Positions 7,681-16,708 of a DNA stretch of 32,000 bases are shown one piece after another. Every line of letters starts with the position of its first letter. The stretch's first letter is position 1. The notes below the pieces were generated by a model. It was not told the origin of the DNA. It made no database searches and saw nothing but the letters and a program-made list of their open reading frames with translations. Position numbers and translations under genes: made by a program. Origin of the DNA: Phreatobacter sp. (GTDB lineage: Bacteria > Pseudomonadota > Alphaproteobacteria > Rhizobiales > Phreatobacteraceae); contig NZ_JAEULY010000016.1 in the NCBI RefSeq assembly GCF_016793595.1, positions 1-32,000 of the forward strand. The letters run 5' to 3'.

Positions 7681-7705
7681 AGCGTGAGTTTCAGGGAGAG
7701 AGGCA

Positions 7706-8041
7706 ATGAAGACGGACGCTGCGGTGATTGGCCACTTCGATATATCGGGGCCGGATCTCGCCAGCCTGACAAAATTTTATGAGGCTCTGTTTGGATGGGA
7801 CATTGCTTCACGCGGGCCGGGTTACTCGCAAATTTCTACGCCGAGTTTGGCGGGCGGAATAGTCGAAGCGGAGCAGCCATCCCTGACAATCGGCGTCGTG
7901 GTCACCGACTTGGTAGAATCCTTGTTGCGTGCAGAGTCTGAGGGCGGGTCCGTAGCGATGCCGGCCACCGACAATGGGTGGGTCAAGAAAGGGCAAATCC
8001 GCGATCCGGCAGGCAATCTTCTAACACTGATCCAAAAGTGA
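7706..8041 (+). CDS. VOC (glyoxalase/bleomycin-resistance/dioxygenase) family protein
   Basis: 111 aa: GHFDISGPDL..FYEALFGWDI ... DPAGNLLTLIQ, a typical single VOC module. Confidence 0.8.
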   Translation: MKTDAAVIGHFDISGPDLASLTKFYEALFGWDIASRGPGYSQISTPSLAGGIVEAEQPSLTIGVVVTDLVESLLRAESEGGSVAMPATDNGWVKKGQIRDPAGNLLTLIQK

Positions 8042-8319
8042 TGCCGCTGCCGGAGGCGCAATTTTGCGAGGCATTGCGCGCGCTAGGCCATGTTGACCGG
8101 CTCGATTTCGTTCGTGAATGCTTGAAAGACGAAAAAGCGGCGGGCGAACTGGCGGCGCGCTCAACACTGTCGCTCGCGACGGTTTCGGAGCACCTCAAAG
8201 TACTGCGAAAAAGCGGGCTGTTACGCCTCAATCGCGACGGTCGCTTCTGGCGCTATAGGACGGATCAAGCCACGCTTACTGCGGTGGGAAAAGCCATACT
8301 CGAACTAGGGGAGCTGTGA
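8041..8319 (+). CDS. ArsR/SmtB-family transcriptional regulator (92 aa)
   Basis: ALGHVDRLDFV...ELAARSTLSLATVSEHLKVLRKSGLL is a winged HTH of ArsR type. The ATG at 8041 shares one nucleotide with the VOC stop (GTGATG). The track ORF 7978..8319 is trimmed to this start. Confidence 0.8.
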   Translation: MPLPEAQFCEALRALGHVDRLDFVRECLKDEKAAGELAARSTLSLATVSEHLKVLRKSGLLRLNRDGRFWRYRTDQATLTAVGKAILELGEL

Positions 8320-8921
8320 TGGGTCGAGAGGCGCTCATCTACGCGACCGTCGACGGGCAAGCTGGGGAAGTAAAGGCACTGCTCGAAAGTAGCGAATTGA
8401 TCCTGCGCGGCGAAATCCGACGCCGCTACCCGAGATCGGCGATAGGAGATGTCCGCGCAGACGGTGACGCGCTGCATTTCCATTGCTTAGGGGAACACGT
8501 GCGTCTCGAACTCGGCGCCAAAGCAGCCGAGGCTTGGCGCCTCGCCATCGCTACCCCGCCGCCAACCCTCCGTGTCAAGCTTGGCTTGGACAAAGGCGCA
8601 GGCGCGTTTCTGGTCGGGCAGACTGCCGATGCCGAACTTTGTCGAGCGCTCGCAGGCGCCTTGGTTAATGATGTCGAGGTGGCGGCGATCATCATCGCTT
8701 GTGTCGACGAGATAGGCGACCTCGAAAATGCTTTCGCCGCAAGCGCATCAAAGCCCTCTCTGCCGATTTGGATGGTCTACCGCAAAGGACGCGGAGTTGA
8801 GGTTGGCGACGGGATCATCCGTTCCAGTCTTCGATCAGCAGGGTTTCGCGATACGAAATCCTGCTCCGTTTCGGATGTCTATACAGCTACGAGGTACAAT
8901 CGAGTAACCGATGCGGCTTAG
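8316..8921 (+). CDS. DUF3052-like conserved hypothetical protein
   Basis: LGLDKGAGAFLVG...IWMVYRKGRG...IRSSLRSAGFRDTKSCSVSDVYTATRY resembles DUF3052 proteins (recalled from memory). ATGA-type overlap with the ArsR stop. Confidence 0.55.
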   Translation: MMGREALIYATVDGQAGEVKALLESSELILRGEIRRRYPRSAIGDVRADGDALHFHCLGEHVRLELGAKAAEAWRLAIATPPPTLRVKLGLDKGAGAFLVGQTADAELCRALAGALVNDVEVAAIIIACVDEIGDLENAFAASASKPSLPIWMVYRKGRGVEVGDGIIRSSLRSAGFRDTKSCSVSDVYTATRYNRVTDAA

Positions 8922-8945
8922 CCGCGGAGCTGCTAAGACTCCAGT

Positions 8946-9749
8946 ATGAGGATGCTTTTACAACCCGCACCTATCAGGCTCCGATGCGGCGTCATTTCGC
9001 TTTGGACGCTGCGCGGCCATCCTCCAGGGGCGTATGTCGGGCTACCTAAGCCGTACGTCGAACTCATTATAAGCTTGTCGGGCGTACACCTATGGCGAGC
9101 CGACGCGTCGTCACTTCCGCTAACCTACCGCGACGGGTGGCTCACCCCGCTGCAAGTGAAACCGCGCTGGGCCGAGACGCTGGGCGAACTTCATCTGATC
9201 GGGGCGCGGCTGCACCTGTTTACCGCAGCTCGGCTCTTTGGCGCGGCAGCAATGAGGGCTGGCGGGTTCCCAATTCCGCTCGATGCAATCTTGGGTTCTG
9301 CGGCCAACGAGCTCCGCGAGCGACTGTTGCATATGTATAGCGACGGGGACCGCATGAAATTGCTCGCGCACTGGCTAGAGACACAGTTGGATCACAGCGA
9401 CGCAGGTTGGTTGCCGCAATCTAGCGAGTTGTCCTCTACAGGTTGGCGGACCGACGCTCTCGCCGAGATGCTTCAACTGTCGCCGAGGGCTCTGCGTAAG
9501 CGGTTTGCGAGCAAGGTCGGCCTCTCGCCGAAATTGTGGTTGCAACTGAGCAGATTTGACGAATTCTTGCGTGCAGAGCCAGCGCCCGGTTCCCTGGCGG
9601 ATGCGGCTGCGGCGTTTGGTTTCGCAGATCAGGCGCACATGACGCGGGAATTTACCCGATTTGCGGGCGTCCCGCCCGCGCGTTACGCAACTGCGCGTGC
9701 AAGCGTCTCAGCTCCCAAAGCGGCGCCTCACTTCGTACCCGCTTCCTAG
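8946..9749 (+). CDS. AraC-family transcriptional regulator
   Basis: C-terminal double HTH: LSPRALRKRFASKVGLSPKLW ... FGFADQAHMTREFTRFAGVPPARY. Confidence 0.8.
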   Translation: MRMLLQPAPIRLRCGVISLWTLRGHPPGAYVGLPKPYVELIISLSGVHLWRADASSLPLTYRDGWLTPLQVKPRWAETLGELHLIGARLHLFTAARLFGAAAMRAGGFPIPLDAILGSAANELRERLLHMYSDGDRMKLLAHWLETQLDHSDAGWLPQSSELSSTGWRTDALAEMLQLSPRALRKRFASKVGLSPKLWLQLSRFDEFLRAEPAPGSLADAAAAFGFADQAHMTREFTRFAGVPPARYATARASVSAPKAAPHFVPAS

Positions 9750-9814
9750 GTGCCGAATTTAACAAGACGGCATCAGATTGGGAGCCTTATCCCTCGGTGC
9801 GAAGGGAGAATCGG

Positions 9815-10162
9815 ATGAGTCCTGTGGTACGAAAAGGTTTAGGGTTGTTAGCGGGCGTGATCGCGGCGAGCCTATGCGTTGCGGGCGTCGAGACGGCAGG
9901 TCACGCGATCCTCTCTGGCGACGGTGCCTTCGGCGCCGCAATTTTTGCTTTAGGGGTAGGGGCCGTGGTTGGTGGCGTTGTAGCCTCCCGCCTTGGGCAG
10001 TCTGCTGCTTTGGCTTGGGCGGTCGGTGCCCTGTTAGCGATGCTGTCGCTTGTGAATATCCTCTCGTTCCCTCATCCTGTCTGGTTCGTGCCGGCTGCGG
10101 GGTTGGCGCTGCTCCTAGCAACGATGCTTGCCGCACGTCTCGCTCCCCGAGCAGTGGCATGA
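9815..10162 (+). CDS. Small integral membrane protein (about 115 aa, 3-4 predicted TM helices)
   Basis: Gly/Ala/Leu-rich hydrophobic segments. GGGAGA RBS before the ATG at 9815 (track ORF starts at 9797). Confidence 0.5.
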   Translation: MSPVVRKGLGLLAGVIAASLCVAGVETAGHAILSGDGAFGAAIFALGVGAVVGGVVASRLGQSAALAWAVGALLAMLSLVNILSFPHPVWFVPAAGLALLLATMLAARLAPRAVA

Positions 10163-10527
10163 GCACCCCTCCGGTATTCGAGACGTTGGTGGGCCTTATA
10201 CGCCCCTACGCTGCCAAGTTTTCGGTCAAGTCAGATACCGAAAATAACTTCTACCTAGAAGAGATTAGGTCTCCGGGAAAACCACAGATGTTCGCCGCGG
10301 TGCAGGCCAAAAAGTCCTACGTATCTCTCCACCTCTATCCGGTATACCTTTGTCCCGAGCTCATGAGCGATGCCAGCTCCGTGCTCCGGGGCCGTATGCA
10401 GGGCAAGTCATGCTTCAACTTCACTCGCGTCGATCAGATACCGACGGCTGAACTGACTGGTCTTGTCGAGGCCGCTTACCGGGCCGTGGCACCAACATCG
10501 ACGGCTTCTCCGTCGCCAAGTAGCTAA
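10159..10527 (+). CDS. DUF1801/YdhG-like small protein
   Basis: MFAAVQAKKSYVSLHLYPVY...MQGKSCFNFTRVDQIP resembles DUF1801-family proteins. The ATG at 10159 overlaps the upstream stop (ATGA). The 5' part of track ORF 9778..10527 is rejected. Confidence 0.5.
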   Translation: MSTPPVFETLVGLIRPYAAKFSVKSDTENNFYLEEIRSPGKPQMFAAVQAKKSYVSLHLYPVYLCPELMSDASSVLRGRMQGKSCFNFTRVDQIPTAELTGLVEAAYRAVAPTSTASPSPSS

Positions 10528-10683
10528 CGGACCGGGGATCGTGCTGGCGTGACCGTGATGAAACCCCTTCACGTCCTCATGTCATCAACAGGCATCGAGA
10601 TCGCTCAGCTACCAGTGGCTCCGCAACCGCGCTTGATGATTGTTGGCCAAACGCATCTGGTTCGAAGATGAGCCGAGTTCACA

Positions 10684-11607
10684 GTGCCCTTCGAGATCCG
10701 CCAACTCCGTTACGCTATCGCCGCAGCAGACCACGGTAGCTTTTATCGAGCGGCTCGCGCTCTCGATATTGAGCAATCAACGCTTAGCCGGAACATCTTA
10801 AGGCTCGAAAGGGCGATCGGGATGCCGATCTTTGAGCGCTCGCGCTCGGGCGTAACCACAACACTTGCGGGCGGCACCTTTCTACGTAGCGCCAAGCCGA
10901 TGGTGGCGACAGCGGATAACATGGTGGCGATGATGCGCGCGGCAGGTCAAGGCCGTGCTGGAGGGCTAAAGCTGGGGCACAACAGTTCCGTATCCGCCGG
11001 CAATCTGCGGGCGACTCTAATGAGCTGGCACGAAGCGCACCCCGGCGTTGAGGTGGATTGTGTCGAAGCCGACCGCAGTGTGCTTCTGGCCGGCTTGGAC
11101 ACCGGCGAGGTCGACATGGCGATCCTCATGGGGGCCGCCGGGCATAATGGCTTTCGCTGCGAGACTTTGTGGAGCGAGCGGATGCTTGTTGCGCTCCCCG
11201 CTTCTCATGCGCTCGCCGAGCGCGATCTTATCCACTGGACGGATCTTCGGAGCGAGCGGTTCCACTTACCCGTTGCCGATCCTGGCCCGGAGATGCGCGA
11301 CATGCTGCTCGGCCGCCTATCGGTATCGGGTACTAAACCTGACATAAGGATGACGCAGACGAGCCGTGAAACCGTCCTGAGCATCCTTGGTGGCAGCTCG
11401 GGCGTGAGCATCGTGTGTGAGGGCTCGACGGGCGCGCACTATCCCGACGTCGTTTATCGACCGATCCACGGAGAACAGGGGCCGGCGCTGATCGGCTATT
11501 CCGGCTGCTGGCGCGACGAAAACAGCAATCCGGCGCTTCGCCGCTTCCTTGGATTCATCAAAGCGCGATACGCGCTGTCTTTTGATTTCCCGCCGAGATT
11601 CGAGTAA
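10684..11607 (+). CDS. LysR-family transcriptional regulator
   Basis: N-terminal HTH (IRQLRYAIAAADHGSFYRAARALDIEQSTLSRNILRLE) plus a substrate-binding domain. GTG start. Confidence 0.9.
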   Translation: MPFEIRQLRYAIAAADHGSFYRAARALDIEQSTLSRNILRLERAIGMPIFERSRSGVTTTLAGGTFLRSAKPMVATADNMVAMMRAAGQGRAGGLKLGHNSSVSAGNLRATLMSWHEAHPGVEVDCVEADRSVLLAGLDTGEVDMAILMGAAGHNGFRCETLWSERMLVALPASHALAERDLIHWTDLRSERFHLPVADPGPEMRDMLLGRLSVSGTKPDIRMTQTSRETVLSILGGSSGVSIVCEGSTGAHYPDVVYRPIHGEQGPALIGYSGCWRDENSNPALRRFLGFIKARYALSFDFPPRFE

Positions 11608-11638
11608 AATGCGCCACTAGTTTTAGGAGTTCAAAGCC

Positions 11639-11947
11639 GTGTCGCAAGATAAGACAATCATCGTCTTGATCGTCACTTTGGCGATCGGCTTCGCAGGCGG
11701 GTTCATCTTGCGACCCGTCATTGCCCCATCGCCTGCAACCGTGGTCGCCAGCATGCCGACACCCTTTCCTTCGGCATCGAGCGAAGCGCGCGAGACTCAG
11801 TATTTCATGGCGCATCTCGACGAAGCGCGGCAGGTCGTGGCCGGATGCCGCGACGGCTCGGTGCGCGGCGGCGAATGCGCCAATGCCGAGGAAGCGATCA
11901 TCAAGGTCGATGCCCAGGAGCGCCGCAGGCGGTTCTTGGGCAACTGA
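11639..11947 (+). CDS. TrbK-alt-like small membrane protein (possible second entry-exclusion factor)
   Basis: One N-terminal TM helix, a Cys-x11-Cys pair and a C-terminal RRRRFLG. It parallels the trb-encoded TrbK-alt (C-x14-C, ENRRRFL). AGGAG 9 nt before the GTG start. Confidence 0.45.
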   Translation: MSQDKTIIVLIVTLAIGFAGGFILRPVIAPSPATVVASMPTPFPSASSEARETQYFMAHLDEARQVVAGCRDGSVRGGECANAEEAIIKVDAQERRRRFLGN

Positions 11948-11962
11948 TCCTAGCCGGACGGC

Positions 11963-12184
11963 TCAGCCCTTGGCGTCACGGCGGCGGGAAAAGCCCCGGT
12001 CGCTCGCCATGAACTTCGCCAGCATCGGCGAGACGAGCTTTTCGGGAGGAATGGCGTCCCCGCCCGTCTCGATTGCGAGCGCGGCGGCGTAAGCCGCAAG
12101 ATCGCGGTGGACAGAAGCCGGCAGCTCCACCGTCAGCTTCACGGGCCGGTCATCGGCGAGCGGCCCCAGCTTCAACTTCGTCAT
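11963..12184 (-). CDS. DUF2274-domain protein (terminal gene of the trb operon)
   Basis: KLKLGPLADDRPVKLTVELPASVHRDLAAYA...FMASDRGF. ATGA overlap with the trbI stop. This is the typical position after trbI in ICE trb operons. Confidence 0.75.
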   Translation of the reverse strand: MTKLKLGPLADDRPVKLTVELPASVHRDLAAYAAALAIETGGDAIPPEKLVSPMLAKFMASDRGFSRRRDAKG

Positions 12185-13392
12185 CTTGTCGCTCCCATCG
12201 GTTCAAGCACCAGGTCGCGGGTCAGGACCACGCGCAGCGGATGGCCCGGCCGGACCGTGAGCGTCGGCGGCACATTGAGCTGCCGCCGCACGATCTGCTG
12301 GCCGGTCTGGTTGATGGTGTCCTGCGAGCCACGCCGCAGCGCGCGGGTCAGGTCGTCCTCGCTGTCCGCCCCCAGCTCGGCGCCGACGCCGAGCAGCGTC
12401 GAAACCGCAGCGGCCTTGAGCAGGTTCCCCCAATGCTGGTTCACCCGGTCCTGTAGCCCTGCGAAGCCGGCGCCGTCCGTGCCAGGCTGGCGCTCGAGAA
12501 CGATCGAGCGGCCGTCCGGCATGATGAGCCGATCCCAGGCGAGCAGCACGCGGGTCTGTCCTGCGGCGACCTCGCTGTCATATTCCCCGATCAGACGCGA
12601 GCCCTGCGGAATGAGCAGGATGCGCCCGGTCGGGCTGTCATAGACATTGGCCGTCACCTGTGCGGTGATCTGGCCGGGCAGGTCGGAGCGGATGCCGGTG
12701 ATGAGCGCGGCAGGGATAACGCTGCCCGCTTGCACGATGTTCGCCGAGGCCGGAGCCGTCAGTCGCTCGACGCTGACGGTGCGCTGGTTGGACGCTTGCG
12801 CCATGAAGGCGCGCCTGCCCGCCTGATCCCCCTGTGGGGGCGTATCCGCTGGCGTCGGTGTCGCTGGCGCGGCCAGAGCCGGCATAGCCGGTGCGGGTGA
12901 TGCTGCGGCGCCCGCGCTGCTGCCGAGGAAAACCGAGCTGGTGCGCGCAGCGTCGCGTTCCTGAGCGGCGCGCTGGCGGGCGGCCTCCTCGGCCTGCGCG
13001 CGCGGATCGGGCGGCGCGACCCCCGCGCCCATCGCCGGGACCGGCACATTCTCGCCGCGCTGCTGCGCCGACACGATCGGGCCGCCGAGATCGCCGGGAA
13101 GCGGCGGGCCGAGGCGCGGCGCCTGAGCATAGTCGCGCGGTCCCGACGTGATGGTCTCGGCCGTGGTCCGGCTGTCGGTGTTGTAGAGTTCCTGTGCTTG
13201 GCGATCGCTTGGCGGTCGTAGCGCATAGATCAGCGAGCCGCCGATGCCGAGGCCGGCGGCGACACCGACGACGGCGAGCGCCTTGCGCGACAAGCGCATG
13301 ACGCGCGGTTGCGGCCCGCGTAGCTGGAATGCGTTCGGATCGGGCTGCGCTGCCCGTGCGGCGGGTTGTGCGGTGACGGTAGGATCGCTCAC
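12181..13392 (-). CDS. trbI: Conjugal transfer protein TrbI (VirB10 family)
   Basis: TM segment, Pro/Ala-rich linker and conserved C-terminal barrel (GSVIPAALITGI.SDLPG...LLAWDRLIMPDGRSI). Start set to the GTG at 13392, which overlaps the trbG stop (GTGA); the longer track ORF extends into trbG. Confidence 0.9.
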   Translation of the reverse strand: MSDPTVTAQPAARAAQPDPNAFQLRGPQPRVMRLSRKALAVVGVAAGLGIGGSLIYALRPPSDRQAQELYNTDSRTTAETITSGPRDYAQAPRLGPPLPGDLGGPIVSAQQRGENVPVPAMGAGVAPPDPRAQAEEAARQRAAQERDAARTSSVFLGSSAGAAASPAPAMPALAAPATPTPADTPPQGDQAGRRAFMAQASNQRTVSVERLTAPASANIVQAGSVIPAALITGIRSDLPGQITAQVTANVYDSPTGRILLIPQGSRLIGEYDSEVAAGQTRVLLAWDRLIMPDGRSIVLERQPGTDGAGFAGLQDRVNQHWGNLLKAAAVSTLLGVGAELGADSEDDLTRALRRGSQDTINQTGQQIVRRQLNVPPTLTVRPGHPLRVVLTRDLVLEPMGATR

Positions 13393-14405
13393 GGCCGCCG
13401 CTCCCGTCCATCGGTGCGGACGATGCGGACACGCTGCGCGGTGCGCCGGTCGCCCAGCCGCAGTTCGGCGGCGGCGAACAGGCGGTCCACGACCATGTAG
13501 CGGCCCTGCACCCGGTAATTGACCAGCTCGGCTTCGCCAGATGCGCCACTTACGAACAGCGGCGGCATCTCGCCCTGCGAGATCCCGGCTGGAAACTCGA
13601 TGAACACCTGCCGTCCATCGTCGAACGCGCGCGCCGGTCGCCAAGGCGTGCGATCACCGTCGATGCGATAGCGGAAATTGAGTGTGGTCAGCTCGATGCC
13701 GCTCGCCACAGGCGCGGCGGCTGCGGCCGCCGCGTTGCGGCCCTGCAAGGCGATCAATGCGTCCTGCGGATAGGTCCAGCTCACCGACGCCATGTAGGTC
13801 GAGGACGTGGCGCGAAGTTCCAGATGATAGGTGCGCCGATCGGTGTTGATGACGAGATTGGTGGTGAGATCAGGCCGGGTTGGCTTGACGAGGATGTGGA
13901 CGCGCGCGGTGGGACCGCTGCCGCTGATGGTGTCGCCGATAATCCACCTGACCGTATCGCCGGCCGCGACCGGCCCTAGCCCGACGAGTTGTTCGCCTTC
14001 CTGCAAGGCGATGTCCGTCACCTGACCCGGCGCGGTATAGACCTGATAGAGCGCGCCGTCGGTCCACGGATATTGCTGGATGGCGTTGAGGAAACCGTCG
14101 CGGACGGGCTGGACGCGGGCGGCCGCGTTCGCCGCGCCGACGCGCTGGCGAGGATCGGTCGGTTCCGGCGGGCGGCGTGTGTCGGGCACGGGCATCAACT
14201 GGCCCGGAAGCGGCAACGGTTCGGGGATCGTCACTACTTCGACCGGGCGCGGCGGCTCTGGTGCGAGCGTCGCAGCGATCTCGGCCGGGGGATCGTCATA
14301 GGTGATGGCGGGCGGCCGCGCCGAGGTGGTGGCGCATCCGGCGAGCGCGGTGGCGGAAACGAGCAGCGCCGCCGATGCGGCACGGCGATACGGACTGACG
14401 GTCAT
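13389..14405 (-). CDS. trbG: Conjugal transfer protein TrbG (VirB9 family)
   Basis: Lipoprotein-type signal (LLVSATALAGC) and VirB9-like repeats. Position between trbF and trbI. Confidence 0.9.
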   Translation of the reverse strand: MTVSPYRRAASAALLVSATALAGCATTSARPPAITYDDPPAEIAATLAPEPPRPVEVVTIPEPLPLPGQLMPVPDTRRPPEPTDPRQRVGAANAAARVQPVRDGFLNAIQQYPWTDGALYQVYTAPGQVTDIALQEGEQLVGLGPVAAGDTVRWIIGDTISGSGPTARVHILVKPTRPDLTTNLVINTDRRTYHLELRATSSTYMASVSWTYPQDALIALQGRNAAAAAAAPVASGIELTTLNFRYRIDGDRTPWRPARAFDDGRQVFIEFPAGISQGEMPPLFVSGASGEAELVNYRVQGRYMVVDRLFAAAELRLGDRRTAQRVRIVRTDGRERRP

Positions 14406-15085
14406 TGCGACAGTTCCTTTGACCAGTTGAGGGCATTGACGAAGACGCCGAGCGGATTCTTGCGCAGGGCGTCGGGCGTGCGCGGAGGCTGCACGACGAC
14501 GGTGAGGATCGCGGACCAGCGCTCGGTCGTGGTGAGGCTGCCGTCCTGATAGCGGCGCTCGGTCCAGGCGACGCGGAAGCTGTCGGGCGAAGCCCGGATC
14601 ACGCTCGACACGTCCACCGCGACCTGCACCCTTCCGACATTGGCGAAGGGATCGTTGGCGCGCGCATAGTCGTTGAGCGCCACCGCGCCGCGATCGGTGG
14701 TGAAGTCATAGGCGCGCAGCCAGTTCTGACGGACGATCACGGGATCGGCGGGGATCGCGCGGACCTGCTCGATGAAGCGCGCGAGGTGGAACGCGATCTG
14801 CGGATCGGTCGGGCGATAGCCGGCTTCGGCCGGGGCGACCGCCTGCGCTTCGCCGAGCCGATCGACCTGTACGACCCAGGGGACGATATGGCCGCGCGCG
14901 GATTGCCAGATGAGGCCAGCGGTCAGGCCGCTCGACAGCGCCAGCGCGCCGAAGAAGGCGATGCGCCAGTTTTTCGCCTGCACACGAGACGATCCGATCC
15001 GGTCGTCCCAGGCTTGCGCGGCGCGTTGGTAAGGGGTCGTCGGTTCCGGCGTCTGGCCGTAGCGGAGGCTGGGGCGTTTGAACAT
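14402..15085 (-). CDS. trbF: Conjugal transfer protein TrbF (VirB8 family)
   Basis: PYQRAAQAWDDRIGS...NWR followed by a TM helix and a VirB8-like domain. Overlaps the trbG start. Confidence 0.9.
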   Translation of the reverse strand: MFKRPSLRYGQTPEPTTPYQRAAQAWDDRIGSSRVQAKNWRIAFFGALALSSGLTAGLIWQSARGHIVPWVVQVDRLGEAQAVAPAEAGYRPTDPQIAFHLARFIEQVRAIPADPVIVRQNWLRAYDFTTDRGAVALNDYARANDPFANVGRVQVAVDVSSVIRASPDSFRVAWTERRYQDGSLTTTERWSAILTVVVQPPRTPDALRKNPLGVFVNALNWSKELSQ

Positions 15086-15088
15086 GGA

Positions 15089-16399
15089 TCAATCCTTCTG
15101 GCTGACATCGACCGATGCGCCGCTGCCGCCACCGTCGCCGGAGCGCAGTGTGTGGGCGGCGACCGTCGCGCCGTGGGTCATGGTTTGGCGGCGCTTCATG
15201 GCGGTGGCCCAGGACGGCGGACCGCTGGACGGCTCCGGCGCGGGCGATGCGCTGCCGCCTGAAATGGTGCCGCCCGTGGCGGTGACGGCGGCTCGGCCGC
15301 CGGAGCGGTAGCTTTCCTTGAGCGAGGCAGCGGCCCGGCGCAGCGGTGATGTGGCGGCGCCCACGGCGGCCCGCCCGACGCCGGCCGCGCCGCCCGCTGC
15401 GGCGGCTGCGCCGGACTTTCCGGCAGAGCCGAGCGCATAGGCGCTGTTTGCTGCGCCGGAGGTGAAGGCCGCACCTCGGGCCGCGCCGCCAACCGCACCG
15501 GCGACTGCGCCAGCGCCGAGGCGAGCGGCGGCAGCGCCGCCGACCAGCGCGCCACCGGCGGCGAGCGCGGTTCCGGCCGCGGCGCCAGCACCAAGCGCGG
15601 GACCGCCGGAGACGATGCCGTTGGCAATCGACGGGCCGAAGATGCCAAGACCGAGCAGGCAGAGCGAGGCGAGCGCGACCGCCATCGCGTCCTCGATGGT
15701 CGGCTGTGCGCCGCCAAAGCCGGCGCGGAATTCGTCGAACAGGGTGGAGCCGATGCCGACGATGACGGCGAGCACCAGCACCTTGACGCCCGACGAGATG
15801 ACCAGCCCCAGCACGCGCTCGGCCATGAAGGCGGTCTTGCCGAACAGGCCAAATGGGATCAGCACGAAGCCCGCGAGCGTCGCCAGCTTAAACTCAATGA
15901 GAGTGATGAAAAGCTGGATCGCCAGGATGAAGAAGGCGAGGATGACCAGCACCCAGGCGAACAGCAGGCACGCAATCTGGATGAAATTCTCGAAGAAGGC
16001 GATCCAACCCATCAGGTCGGAGATGGATTCGAGGATGGGCTGTCCCGCCTCAAGGCCGACCTGAGCAACGCGGCCCGGGTGGAGCAGTTCGGCGGCCGTG
16101 AAACCGGTGCCGGACGCTTTCAATCCCAAGCCGGCGAAGCTCTCGAAGACGATCCGCGCCAGGCTGTTCCAGTTGCCGATGATGTAGGCGAAGACGCCGA
16201 CGAACAGGGTCTTCTTGATGAGCCGAGCAAGAATGTCGTCGCCTTCGCCCCACGTCCAGAACAGCGCGGCAAGCGTCACGTCGATGACGATCAACGTCGT
16301 GGCGATGAACGCCACTTCGCCGCCAAGCAGGCCGAACCCGCTGTCGATGTAGCGGGTGAAGACATCCAGAAAGCGATCGACGACGCCGGTGCCGCCCAT
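15089..16399 (-). CDS. trbL: Conjugal transfer protein TrbL (VirB6 family)
   Basis: Polytopic membrane protein with a Gly/Ala-rich C-terminal tail. The ATG at 16399 is preceded by AGGAGAA; the track ORF starts 27 nt upstream. Confidence 0.9.
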   Translation of the reverse strand: MGGTGVVDRFLDVFTRYIDSGFGLLGGEVAFIATTLIVIDVTLAALFWTWGEGDDILARLIKKTLFVGVFAYIIGNWNSLARIVFESFAGLGLKASGTGFTAAELLHPGRVAQVGLEAGQPILESISDLMGWIAFFENFIQIACLLFAWVLVILAFFILAIQLFITLIEFKLATLAGFVLIPFGLFGKTAFMAERVLGLVISSGVKVLVLAVIVGIGSTLFDEFRAGFGGAQPTIEDAMAVALASLCLLGLGIFGPSIANGIVSGGPALGAGAAAGTALAAGGALVGGAAAARLGAGAVAGAVGGAARGAAFTSGAANSAYALGSAGKSGAAAAAGGAAGVGRAAVGAATSPLRRAAASLKESYRSGGRAAVTATGGTISGGSASPAPEPSSGPPSWATAMKRRQTMTHGATVAAHTLRSGDGGGSGASVDVSQKD

Positions 16400-16400
16400 G

Positions 16401-16703
16401 TCAGTTCTCCTGCGGGGTCGCCCCATCGGCGATGCGGGCGTCGGGACGCGAACCAGGCGCGAGGAAGCGGCGGCGGTTTTCCGCCCATGCGCGAAGGCAA
16501 TCGGGATCGCTCGCGCCGGCCTGTCCGAGTGACTGGCAACGGCGCAGTTCGATCAGCAGCGGGTCCGTCGCCGTGGTTTCGGCGACGGACACTGGCGCCT
16601 CGCGCATCGGTTCGGGCGCGCGCGCCATCTCGATCGCGGTCATGGTGATTGCGATGGCGACGAACACGATGGCGCCGATCCGGGCGAGGAGCTTGCTGTC
16701 CAC
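16401..16703 (-). CDS. trbK: Entry-exclusion-type protein TrbK-alt
   Basis: TM helix, then RRCQSLGQAGASDPDCLRAWAENRRRFL, the TrbK-alt signature. Located between trbJ and trbL. Confidence 0.75.
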   Translation of the reverse strand: MDSKLLARIGAIVFVAIAITMTAIEMARAPEPMREAPVSVAETTATDPLLIELRRCQSLGQAGASDPDCLRAWAENRRRFLAPGSRPDARIADGATPQEN

Positions 16704-16708
16704 GGGAG

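Noticed and set aside
9778-10158. 5' portion of the 249-aa track ORF 9778..10527.
   Set aside because: It overlaps, out of frame, the hydrophobic membrane-protein gene 9815..10162 and is Arg/Cys/Gly-rich. The protein-like sequence begins only at the ATG at 10159, which overlaps the upstream stop.
12638-13549. Alternative-frame minus-strand ORFs inside trbI (303 aa and 155 aa), and the N-terminal extension of the trbI track ORF to 13644.
   Set aside because: They are out of frame with the conserved TrbI sequence, or overlap trbG, and have an extreme Arg/Pro/Ala composition. The GTG at 13392 overlapping the trbG stop gives a normal-length TrbI.
15089-15650. Gly/Ala-rich low-complexity DNA and protein at the 3' end of trbL, which might be mistaken for a repeat array.
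   Set aside because: It is a normal feature of TrbL/VirB6 C-terminal tails in GC-rich elements. There is no regular repeat unit or spacer structure.
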